NCBI GenBank assembly: GCA_963664435.2
Contig: CAXXKM010000001.1
Coordinates: forward strand, 448,001-512,000
From: Longimicrobiales bacterium
GTDB taxonomy: Bacteria; Gemmatimonadota; Gemmatimonadetes; Longimicrobiales; Gaopeijiaceae
DNA length: 64,000 nt
Reading direction: 5' to 3'
Every line of letters starts with the position of its first letter. Positions within the stretch are counted from its first letter, which is position 1. Made by a program: the position numbers and the translations under genes. This document shows, piece after piece, positions 32,366-41,418 of this stretch. The notes below the pieces were generated by a model. That model was not told where the DNA came from. It saw nothing but the letters and a program-made list of their open reading frames with translations, and ran no database searches.

Positions 32366-33079
32366 TCATGCCCCCCGCGTCGGCACCTCCCTGAACGGAA
32401 GCGACGGCGAACCGAAGGTGATCTCCTGCACCGCCTTCACGCTGCGGCCGCCGTACCGGAAGGGGATCACGAGACGGAACGGGGCGCCGTTCACGGGAGG
32501 AAGCGGCTCGTCGTTGAGCATCCACACGAGCATCGTCTGCTGATGACGCATGGTGGGGACTTCCTCGTCCGTGTAGTAGCCGTCGTGGGAGACGATGCGG
32601 CAGTAGTGCGCGGTGGGCGCGAGGCCGATCATGTCCAGCACGTCGTTGAAGCGGACGCCGGTCCACTTGACGATGCCGGTGGGCCGGGGCGCGCCGCACT
32701 GGAGCAGGGTCACCATGGAGTGCCTGGGCAGGTCAGCCAGGTCCTCGTAGCGCAGGGTGCCGTGCAGGCGGGACAGCCTGCTCGCGGCGATGCGGATGCT
32801 CGCGGTGCGGTAGTCGAGGTCGATGTCGGGAGCCTCGCCCCCGGTGTAGCGGTAGATGACGCCGTCGATGGAGCCGGCGGATCCCGGGGAATGCTCGGGC
32901 GCCGAGCCGTCGGCGTTCAGCGGCAGATCGGCGCGGGTCCGGATCTCGCCCTCCACCAGCCGGTCCGGGAACTCCTGGGCTTCCTGCGCCAGCACCCGGT
33001 CGGGCTTCACCACCCCCATGGAAAGGCCGGCGACGGCCGTCCCCGATACCTTGATCGCGTCGCGTCGTGTGAGCTTCAT
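32366..33079 (-). CDS. Molybdopterin-dependent oxidoreductase (sulfite oxidase/MsrP family), Tat-exported
   Basis: LTRRDAIK Tat leader; LQC Mo-ligand Cys, WTGVRF, NGAPFRLVIPFRYGGRSVK. Confidence 0.85.
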   Translation of the reverse strand: MKLTRRDAIKVSGTAVAGLSMGVVKPDRVLAQEAQEFPDRLVEGEIRTRADLPLNADGSAPEHSPGSAGSIDGVIYRYTGGEAPDIDLDYRTASIRIAASRLSRLHGTLRYEDLADLPRHSMVTLLQCGAPRPTGIVKWTGVRFNDVLDMIGLAPTAHYCRIVSHDGYYTDEEVPTMRHQQTMLVWMLNDEPLPPVNGAPFRLVIPFRYGGRSVKAVQEITFGSPSLPFREVPTRGA

Positions 33080-33257
33080 TGCGTGCCTCCCGGGCGTGGT
33101 GTCAAGAGCCTGTCAACGCGGTCAAGGTAGGAGGCACGGGAGTGGCCCACAAGCGGGGTTCGCTGAACCCGCGCGCGCCGAGGACCAACGCCGGATAACG
33201 GGCTGCCGGGGACGAATCGGCAGCGTATTGGAGGAGCGAGCCGGAGCCCCCGCCAAG

Positions 33258-34625
33258 TCAGAACGACACAGTCGTCTGTGCGTAGAAGTAGGTCGGGTCC
33301 GCCTTGGACGCGCTTGCCGGCAATTCCCCCGCAAACAGGTGCGCTCCACCCGCCTGGAACCGGAGGCGGCCGGGCCGCACATCCCAGCGAACCCGGACCT
33401 CCACCTGGTTGCCGATGTGGCGCTCCGCCTGCTCCGCGGGGCTTGAGATGTCTGCGACCAGCCAGGCGTCGTTCACGGTGGCCAGCCAGTAGGCGCGGAA
33501 TGCCACGAACGTGCTCACGCCGGCGCCGGGCTCCATGCTCAGGTGCGCGCCGGGTGAGCTGATGTTGGTCCGGGGCACGAGGCCGTAGATGCCGCTGGGC
33601 CCGAAGTCACCGCTGCGGGAGCCGAACATGCCGTTGAAGCGATTGTTCTGACCGTCCGTTGGATCCTTGTCGCCGCTGGCATAGTCGTACTGCAACTTCA
33701 GCCGGGGCGAACCAGGCGCGGCGAAGGTATAGCCCGTTTCTACATGGTAGTACCGGGCGCGATGGTCCAGGTCCGTGGTCGCGGACTTGGACATGCGCGA
33801 CTGGCCCATTTGGAATATGGACTCGAACTGATAGTCGAAGCTCGCTTCTGCCGCGGGACGATAAAGCCGCACGCCGAGCGTATGAAAGTCGCGATCGGCG
33901 GTGCGTCGTCCCGGGCTATCGCTCTCGTCCAGGCCGAAGTAGTAGAACTCCCCCTGATCGCCCCAGGGAAGGCTGGAGGGAGAATAATGCACGCCCCAGA
34001 AACGGACGTTGCCGGATTCCGTGTCGAACTTGGGGCGATTCTCCAGAATGTCTCCCGACACCTGCCGCTGCACCGGGAACGTAAAGAATGTGCGCAGCCT
34101 GCTGTCGTCCGGACCGGTCCACTGCCAGTCGACGCCGGTGAAGGCGTACGAGACGTTGGTGAAGTTGTCGCGCGCGATCAGGCGGCGGCTGCCGATGTCC
34201 ATCGTGACCCGCCCGCCGCGCAGTACGCTGCTGCTCCCTTCCGCGAGGAGGTTGTCGACGGGGACCTCAACGTAGGCCTGCAGCAGGTCCACCGGGTTGA
34301 CGATGCTGGTCGACAGCGGCGTCTCCGAGTCCGCCAGCTCAGTGCGCGCATCCTGGAACTCGGTGTTGAGTCGGAAGCGCGGGGTGCCCAGTTCCACCTT
34401 CGCCAGGGTGCGGAAGACGAGCAGCCGGTCGTCGCCGTTGCGGCCGGCCCGGAACTGGTTGTTCAGGTGCTCGTAGCGGGTTCGGTGCTCCACCGAGAAC
34501 GATACGGTGGGCGTCGATCCCGACGGATCCTGCTCGCTGGGGGGATCCTCCGGAGGCTCCCCGTTGGCTGTGTTTCCGGGTGCGCTCTGGAGGGCAATGG
34601 CCAGTATCGCGACAAGGGGCAACAA
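33258..34625 (-). CDS. Alginate-export (AlgE-like) outer-membrane porin
   Basis: Signal peptide; EHRTRYE, DLLQAY, GSRRLI, DYASGD, C-terminal Phe. Confidence 0.8.
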   Translation of the reverse strand: MLPLVAILAIALQSAPGNTANGEPPEDPPSEQDPSGSTPTVSFSVEHRTRYEHLNNQFRAGRNGDDRLLVFRTLAKVELGTPRFRLNTEFQDARTELADSETPLSTSIVNPVDLLQAYVEVPVDNLLAEGSSSVLRGGRVTMDIGSRRLIARDNFTNVSYAFTGVDWQWTGPDDSRLRTFFTFPVQRQVSGDILENRPKFDTESGNVRFWGVHYSPSSLPWGDQGEFYYFGLDESDSPGRRTADRDFHTLGVRLYRPAAEASFDYQFESIFQMGQSRMSKSATTDLDHRARYYHVETGYTFAAPGSPRLKLQYDYASGDKDPTDGQNNRFNGMFGSRSGDFGPSGIYGLVPRTNISSPGAHLSMEPGAGVSTFVAFRAYWLATVNDAWLVADISSPAEQAERHIGNQVEVRVRWDVRPGRLRFQAGGAHLFAGELPASASKADPTYFYAQTTVSF

Positions 34626-34801
34626 GGTCTAACACCTCCCGCCGAGATGCTGTAAAAAGCGCATATCATCAAGTGCCCGTTGGCGTTAGACCTCCCTGAC
34701 CAGGTTGGCCTCAGGTCGCCGATGGGTCCGATGGATCCGATGGGTAGGAAAAGTCGTCCCGGGATCCGGTCCCGAGCAATGGCGGGAAGCGCGCTGGTTG
34801 T

Positions 34802-34837
34802 AACGATCGGCAATCGTTTCTGTCACAATGATGTGAC
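34802..34837. promoter_or_regulatory. Two adjacent palindromes, putative operators upstream of the porin
   Basis: AACGAT-N5-ATCGTT (34802-34818) and GTCACA-N4-TGTGAC (34822-34837) in an AT-richer tract. Confidence 0.35.
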
Positions 34838-34845
34838 GACCTCCA

Positions 34846-35240
34846 TCATGGCGGGAACTGCCCAGGGCGGGAGGCGTCGGACCCCGCCGGGCGAGCAGTG
34901 GCGCCGGCCGCCCGATGCCGGTCGAGATCGGCTGCCAGCGACCGGGTCTGCGCGAGCCGGCCCGCCAGCCCCGGGCGGCTCTCCCAGTTCGCGGCCACAT
35001 GGATTCCCGTCGGCAGGCGGAGCCCCTCGAGCGCCGACCAGGACCGGTCCCAGGCCGGCAAGCAGCTGCCCGCCAAGGCCCAGATCGTCCGCAACGCGAG
35101 TTCCCTGCCGAGGGCGAGGCCGGTGATGCCGCCTCCGACGATCGCGATCAAGGGAGGAGTTCGGGGCTCGGACGGATGTAGGGGCTGGGCGGGAGGTCGC
35201 GCGCGCCGTTGGTGCACCAAGCGCCGGGAACTGGCCGGCA
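34846..35240 (-). pseudogene. Collapsed second copy of the hemH 3' end and hemY
   Basis: 34925-35060 matches 41438-41573 at 134/136; 35061-35088 resembles 42494-42521; about 35089-35171 resembles 42654-42737; 35173-35240 resembles 42829-42896. Confidence 0.9.
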
Positions 35241-35667
35241 GCGAGGCGGGCAAGGCGAGGATCGAGCAGTTCGCCTCCTGGGTCGGGACGCAGCTTCAGG
35301 ACGCCGCCGGGAGCCTCGGGGAGGGCTCTCACGACTCTTCACATGTCAGCGCGACCGGACTGGCCCCGTCGCTCAAGCGCTACCCGGGCACCACGAACGT
35401 GATCGACAACGCACTCGGGGATGCGCAGCCGAACTGGCCGCGTGACCCCCGGTCGAGGAACGGGTCGATGGCCGTCCGCTGGACCGCGGCCGCGTTCCTG
35501 GAGGCCGGGAAGGGCTACCGGAGGATGATGGGGTATCGGGACCTCTGGATGCTAAAGGCTCATCTGGACGAACTCTCCACTCCCCCCGGTTGAGAAAATG
35601 GAGGGCGCCGCGTAGCATGAACCGCCCGGAAGCCACCTCAACCTCCAACTACCGCTGGGACCGCCTC
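35241..35667 (+). mobile_element. IS256-family transposase relic (C-terminal part and probable right end)
   Basis: DAAGSLGEG...TTNVIDN...MAVRWTAAAFLEAGKGYRRMMGYRDLWML resembles the IS256 C-terminus; internally deleted. Confidence 0.7.
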
Positions 35668-35864
35668 CGATCCCATGCATTACCGAAAAAAAATCGACCC
35701 GAGCTGCGGGAGCCACCCAGATGCCAGCCTCCTCCGGCCCTCGCGGACCTCCTTGCGTAGGGTGGTTACCCTGTACCAAGGGTTACGGGTCATGGCCATT
35801 GCCCATCCTCACGTCCGCGTAACAGTGGTCATCTCAGTATCAGTTTGTTGAAGAATCGGTCCAA

Positions 35865-37095
35865 GTCATCCCGTTTGGCACACTGTCACACACCTCTTTC
35901 CAGCAACAGCTTCAGCACGGTATTCTTCGCATACATCCGCATCTCGTCTCGCTGTCCCTCCGTCACTTCGTAGTGACCGTCATGCACGATCTTCGAGCGA
36001 ATGCCGTATAACTTCTTCGTTCTCTTTGCGATTTCCATGCGCTCATCGAGTGTCTTCCCAAGTACTTTGGCGATACGCTGTGACAAACGGAACATCAGTT
36101 CTGGTCCGCTTTTTGGTAGAACTACGCACTCCAGCGAAATCGCAAATAGCAGAAATGATTCCTCCAATGTCTCTGCCACGCTCGCCCTCCCAGCCCAGCG
36201 TATCGAGTCCAAGATTATGTTCTCTACTTGGGTTCGCTGGCTCTTGAGAAGGAGCTCCTCGACGCGATCCACCGCCTCCTCGAGAAGCTCTTCTCCGCCC
36301 TTCAGTTTGTCCAGAGACAGGTAGCCGAGCGGCCCTTTTCTAGAGGACTCCGTGTTGATGGATCCGTCAGGTGCCCTCACGACGCGCATCACTGGTTTCG
36401 ACGCTTGGTCAGGAGGAGGAATATATAGCCACGCGTGATTGTAGGAAATCAAGTCAGCAAAGAAATTCACGCACTCGATCGTATTCCTTACTCGTCGCTC
36501 TCCGAGTACCATCGCCGCCTTACCGTCTCTAGCCGCCACGGTCACGCGTCCTACCGGATGATCCAATAACGACTTGGAAATAGTGTCTCTAAAATAGACC
36601 TTTCTTTGTTTGCCAGTCTCGGCATCAGTGCTACGCTGGGATATCAAACGTGAAATCGTTTCTGCATCACATATCGTGAAACGGATGGATCCAAACCTTG
36701 TCGGTAGCGATGGCCGATCAACGCCTTCAACCGGAATCCAACACTCATACTCCTCCGGCCGACTCGTCAAGAATGTCTCTAGATTTTTGGTCGCATTCTC
36801 GACCCGAATTGTGAGTTCACCACTCCGTTTCTTCGGAATATCAACCGATGCGAAGACGGCAGTCCTCAGAGCTGCATCCACGGAGAACTCGGAGAGATCC
36901 TCAAGAGGAACGAACTTGTTCAAGACCTTACGAACCACCTCCCGATACCGCCTGCTCCACTCCGCATCCAAGAACAGCATCCCCTCACCAGGCTTAGACC
37001 AAAAGCTCCCACTGGGCGGAGGAAGTCCCTTGAGACGAGATGCCCGGGTGGCATATTCGGAAAGAAAATCACGCACGAATGCCAAACGGGATGAC
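35865..37095. repeat. Perfect 16-bp inverted repeat bracketing the HEPN gene
   Basis: GTCATCCCGTTTGGCA at 35865-35880 and TGCCAAACGGGATGAC at 37080-37095. Confidence 0.85.
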
Positions 37096-37124
37096 CGCTG
37101 GTGGCGTTTCGGTCTCTTGCTCAC
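35886..37124 (-). CDS. HEPN-domain protein (ApeA-like), putative defence RNase
   Basis: FAISLECVV...LSQRIA...LYGIRSKIVHDG (Rx4H); markedly lower GC; start uncertain (GTG 37124). Confidence 0.78.
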   Translation of the reverse strand: MSKRPKRHQRSSRLAFVRDFLSEYATRASRLKGLPPPSGSFWSKPGEGMLFLDAEWSRRYREVVRKVLNKFVPLEDLSEFSVDAALRTAVFASVDIPKKRSGELTIRVENATKNLETFLTSRPEEYECWIPVEGVDRPSLPTRFGSIRFTICDAETISRLISQRSTDAETGKQRKVYFRDTISKSLLDHPVGRVTVAARDGKAAMVLGERRVRNTIECVNFFADLISYNHAWLYIPPPDQASKPVMRVVRAPDGSINTESSRKGPLGYLSLDKLKGGEELLEEAVDRVEELLLKSQRTQVENIILDSIRWAGRASVAETLEESFLLFAISLECVVLPKSGPELMFRLSQRIAKVLGKTLDERMEIAKRTKKLYGIRSKIVHDGHYEVTEGQRDEMRMYAKNTVLKLLLERGV

Positions 37125-37221
37125 GGACGGACCACCCCAACCGAATGACAACCAGAGAGGTCGAGCAAAGAGACGGGGAAACACGTGGAGCCCCAAGGGG
37201 CCAGAAGTCCACGCGACCAGC

Positions 37222-39340
37222 TCACGCAGCCCTCCCCCAGCGTCGCTGGATGTACTTCACTGCGTCCTTCACCGACAGCGACCGAGTTGCGTTGCCAGTC
37301 CTCAAGAAGAAGATCGCGACCCTGCGGTCCTCCACATAGACGGGTTCGTCGCTCGGCTCGACGGTAACCTGGCAGATGTCTGCCCCGTCGATCTCATGGA
37401 AGGTCGTCGTCAGATAGGTGGCCGATGCCGCACCGAGATCGCGTTCGATAAGCTGTTGCAGATGAAGCTGGAATCCGTCCCTGTCCCTCTTCCTTAACGT
37501 CGCGTAGTCGCCATCGATCCCGACGGCTGCACCCGAATCGTCTACACCGACGAGGAGCGTCCCGCCCCTGCTATTGAGAAATGCGGCCAATGTCTTGGTC
37601 ACGACCTTTTCGAGTTGCTTGTTGGCCCGCTCCTCGCGGCGATCCCAGCGCAGGCTCGACTTGAATTCCACGGTCTCACCCTCGCCCGCTGCCATCATTT
37701 CCCTGACACCGTGCTCGTCTACCACCCCTTCCTCCATCCTGGGAATCCAGCTCGCGATGAAGTCGTTGATCGCCCGCGCCAGCAGATTCCGCCGGTGTGT
37801 AAGGAAGTCATGGTAGTTTTCTGGATGCCAGAGCTCGCGGTCCATCGGTATCGATTGCGCGCGCAGGACGCCGGGCTGGTCCTCATCGACCTCCGGAAGG
37901 TACTGCGCCGGCTCGGAAGAACGGATTTCCTTTGGTGCCTTCTGAGTGAGGAACACGCGGTTCGCTAATTCATTGTTGGCCTTCCGGTCCCGATTGGGAT
38001 CGAAACCCGCTCTCTTGAGCACCGCCAGCGAGAACACGTGATGCCGGTCCGACACCTCGCTACGCCCCACTGCTTTGTCGTAGATGCGGATGCCTGTAAA
38101 CCAGTCCCGGGAACCACGAGCATGGGCCACGATCTGGGCCAGAGGCGCAGCCGTGGAGCGTACCCCCGCTTCCACGAGATCTGACGCTTCGATCACCAAT
38201 CGACCGCGTTCACGTAGAATCGCTGCCTCAAGCTCCGGGGTCGGATCCGGGTCGCTCCCCGCTACCAGAGCGACATCTTGCTGGAGCTTGGTTTCGGTTG
38301 CCCCCGAGTAGCGGGCCCACAGACCTGCCAGGTAGATCCAGCGAATGAACCGTCGCTTGAGCTGTTCGCTTGGAAAGCTCCCTCCTTGGCGCGCCAGAAA
38401 GATCGTTGCGGGTACGAGCATATAAGTGGTCGGCAGATCCTTGGCGTTGCCAACGAATGCCTCATGCCGCAACACGGCCACCAAGTGCTCGAATGCGGGC
38501 TGCATGTGCTTCCATCCGGCCTGAAGCACCGAGGCGGGAGTTCTCAGGAAAGAACCTTCAAGCCGAATCGAGTCCCGTTGCCACGCCAGCCAGACAGCGA
38601 AGGAAGAACGCGAAGTCCATGGAGAAGCCCCGGTCGGCCATTTTGGCCTGGAACGCACGCATCTCCGCTCTGGCTTCGGGCCAGATGCTACAAACGTGCG
38701 CCAGAGCAAGATCGGCGGCTTTCAGCGGCGTCCCCTTGCTGTTGATCCGGTTGAAGATCTCGACGACTTCGGAAACTCCGAACTCCTCACCCGAGACCTC
38801 GTCGACGGTGTATCTGTAGTCCCGGATCTGATCCAGGCGACTGAGGTGGGCAAGGTTCTGTTGGAAAACATCTCGTGTCTCCTCTTCCAGTTGTGGCATC
38901 CTCTTTAGCAGGCCGTGTAGCGACTCACTCAGGAACTCATGAACGCCGATCCATGCCGGGTTGTTCTGCATCCGCGTCTTCTGCCAGAACCGAAACTCCT
39001 CCGTTTGCACGTTGAAATAGAGATCGAAGAACAATCTCTCGCCTTCGTAGAATCGGGGCGGCTTGCCCCTGAAGAGAACGTAGAGGGTCGTCAGGCGTTG
39101 TTGGCCGTCCAGCAAGAGCAGAGACTTGCCGTCGCTCGACGAATCGGCACTTCGGACCACCGACGGCTTATAGGTGCTCCAGATCAACAGATGCCCCGTC
39201 GGGTGCCCGCGGTAGAGCGACTGCATCAGCCCGCGCACCTGGTTGCGGTTCCAGACGTAGCCGCGCTGGAATTCGGGCAGCAGGATTTCGTGCCGGCTGA
39301 TCTGGTCCAACAGGTAGTCGATCGATCTCACTTCATGCAT
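37222..39340 (-). pseudogene. DUF262 (GmrSD-like)-HNH-like-Schlafen AlbA_2 fusion, split by a 1-nt frameshift near 38573
   Basis: LPEFQRGYVW, LLDGQQRLTTL, FNRINSKG (DUF262); DRHHVF...NELAN (DUF1524-like); ETVEFKSSLRWD and AFLNSRGGTLLVGVDDSG (AlbA_2); deleting one base joins ...GVATG to SIRLEGSF. Confidence 0.8.
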
Positions 39341-39446
39341 GCGCGTTCCTCAACCCTGCGGAGTGGATGGCCTCACGTGTCGACGGATGAACAAGGTATG
39401 CGCAGGCACGCGGGTTTGCCTACCGGCACCCCAAGGCGGACCAGCT

Positions 39447-40043
39447 TCAGGACTCTACGAGTCTTCGCAGGCACCGGATCGCCCGATCGAGGCTGTCGCA
39501 CCGCTCCGCCGCAATCTCCGGACGCCATGTGGTGCTGGCGAACTCGACGAGCCGTGAAGTATAGGCAGGTCCCACGGCGCGGCCGCTGCGCCGACGCGGG
39601 ACCATGTCCTTGCGAATGGCCCCTTTCCTCGAACGGCGGCCGAGACTCACCATGGCTTCCTTCGGTTTGACCAAGCTTTCGGGATCACCGGGGACATAGC
39701 GCACAGCCACGCTCAGAAAACGTGCGAGGTTCTCGCCGTCAGCCAGCAACCAAGCCTCCACTTCGCGCATCGCGATCCGAAAGCAGAGCTGCGGAGCAGG
39801 ATCCGGCAACCATTCGGCACAGAGCGCTGGCGCGCAGTCCGCGTCGTTGTCGAGATCCACGAGGACAACCCAAGGGGAATAGCGAGCAGCCTGATTGAAG
39901 CTGCTGATTCTCTGACGAAGGTAGGATTTGCCCTTACGCCCGTAGACGGTGCCCGTTTGGCCTCCTACATGCTCGATGAGTCTCTGGAGGACAGCTTCGT
40001 CCAAAAGCCCTTCGACGGCACCACTCAAGACCGATACGCTCAA
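39447..40043 (-). CDS. TOPRIM-fold putative nuclease (DUF4276-like)
   Basis: AVEGLLDE and LVDLD (E...DxD TOPRIM motifs), REVEAWLLAD; starts 6 nt after the ATPase stop. Confidence 0.75.
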   Translation of the reverse strand: MSVSVLSGAVEGLLDEAVLQRLIEHVGGQTGTVYGRKGKSYLRQRISSFNQAARYSPWVVLVDLDNDADCAPALCAEWLPDPAPQLCFRIAMREVEAWLLADGENLARFLSVAVRYVPGDPESLVKPKEAMVSLGRRSRKGAIRKDMVPRRRSGRAVGPAYTSRLVEFASTTWRPEIAAERCDSLDRAIRCLRRLVES

Positions 40044-40048
40044 CCGGC

Positions 40049-41188
40049 TTACGCGTCCGCGAACAAAGCCAGTTGGCCAGGATTCGCCGGACGCGTCTTG
40101 GGAATGACTACATCGGCTAGCGAAAGGCCGGCATCAAGCAGCTGTTTCACGTCGGAAAGCAATGCGGTGGGAAGCACCGCGGCACCTTCCTTCTTCGGTA
40201 CGAACAGCAAGACCTCGTCAAGGCCGATCCCTGTGTCAGCCAGAAGATCCGGTGAGTGTGTACTCAGGAAAACCTGCCTCTTGGTGTGACGCTGCAAGCG
40301 CGCCAACATCTGCGGTAGCACCCGTACGATTTCGGGATGGAGCGAGAGTTCCGGTTCTTCAAGCAACAGAGGTCCCCTTCCGTCCATCGTTGCCCACAAC
40401 ACCCCCATGAGGCGAAGCGTGCCGTCCGACAGCTGGCCCTCGCTCTGCCAAGCACCGTGAGGCCGCCAATGCTGGTATCTCGCACGAAGATGAGGAACGC
40501 CCCGAACATCCCGTGTCAGCTCGATTTTCTGCAGTTGAGGTACGGCGACGCGCAGAGCTTTCTGGATCTTGCGCATTCGCGCGTTCCGGGTTTTCTCGTT
40601 GGTCCTCGCGACTTGCTCCAGGAAGTCACCGCCATACGGATCGTTGGACCGCCCGACGGAACGGTCCGGTTCGCGAACGAGCTGGGGGACGATGTGCAGA
40701 TAGCGGATGGAAGCGAAAAACGCGGACAGGGCGCGGAACTCCAGATTCACGTTCACCTGTTCGAGGTGGGTCTGGGTCAGGCGAGCGGCATCTATCTGGT
40801 CATCCGGGTCCGGGCGGTCGAGAATCAACTGATCCCCTCGAAGGACGCGTTCGCGACGCACGACCGGTCTGCGCCGGTTGTCCTGGTTGAAGGCCAGTTG
40901 GTACTCCCAGGACTGGCCGTCCCCGTTCTCCAGCTCCACGCCGATCTCGATGTCCGAGTACCGACGAGCGGCCAGACAGCGAATCGTGCTCACCCCGTCG
41001 CGGCGGCGGACTGCCTCTCCAAACCCGCCACCCACCGATGAGAGATCCCTGAGAAACCGGAATACATCCAGAAGATTGGACTTCCCGGAGGCGTTGGGGC
41101 CCACCAGAAACATCCGATTCTGGAGGTCGACTTCGACCGCCTCGAAGTTCTTCCAGTTCTTCAGGCGCAGCTTGCGGAATCGAAGCAT
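40049..41188 (-). CDS. ABC/AAA_21-family ATPase
   Basis: Walker A GPNASGKS, signature LSDGTLR, Walker B LLLEEPE, H-loop STHS. Confidence 0.9.
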   Translation of the reverse strand: MLRFRKLRLKNWKNFEAVEVDLQNRMFLVGPNASGKSNLLDVFRFLRDLSSVGGGFGEAVRRRDGVSTIRCLAARRYSDIEIGVELENGDGQSWEYQLAFNQDNRRRPVVRRERVLRGDQLILDRPDPDDQIDAARLTQTHLEQVNVNLEFRALSAFFASIRYLHIVPQLVREPDRSVGRSNDPYGGDFLEQVARTNEKTRNARMRKIQKALRVAVPQLQKIELTRDVRGVPHLRARYQHWRPHGAWQSEGQLSDGTLRLMGVLWATMDGRGPLLLEEPELSLHPEIVRVLPQMLARLQRHTKRQVFLSTHSPDLLADTGIGLDEVLLFVPKKEGAAVLPTALLSDVKQLLDAGLSLADVVIPKTRPANPGQLALFADA

Positions 41189-41418
41189 GGCGAGCGGCGG
41201 GGTTCGCGAGTCGTTGGTCTTCGGATCGTGGTCATCTCGGCACGGCTGGCAACATAGCTATCGAGAAGCCGCCTTTCCGGGCTACCACGAGGATACAGGG
41301 CGGAGAGCGCGTTGGCGAGACACAGGAATTCGGGGCCTCTATGTCGGGAACGCTCGCGCGAACCGTCTCCACCTGCATCGGCTCGCTGAACATGGGATCG
41401 GTTACACTCGTATCACCC

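Noticed and set aside
34719..34745. 3 x 9-bp repeat CCGATGGG/AT
   Set aside because: Too short to interpret; probably slippage
35865..37095. Retron a1/a2 repeats
   Set aside because: No reverse transcriptase in the window, and the repeats enclose a protein-coding gene
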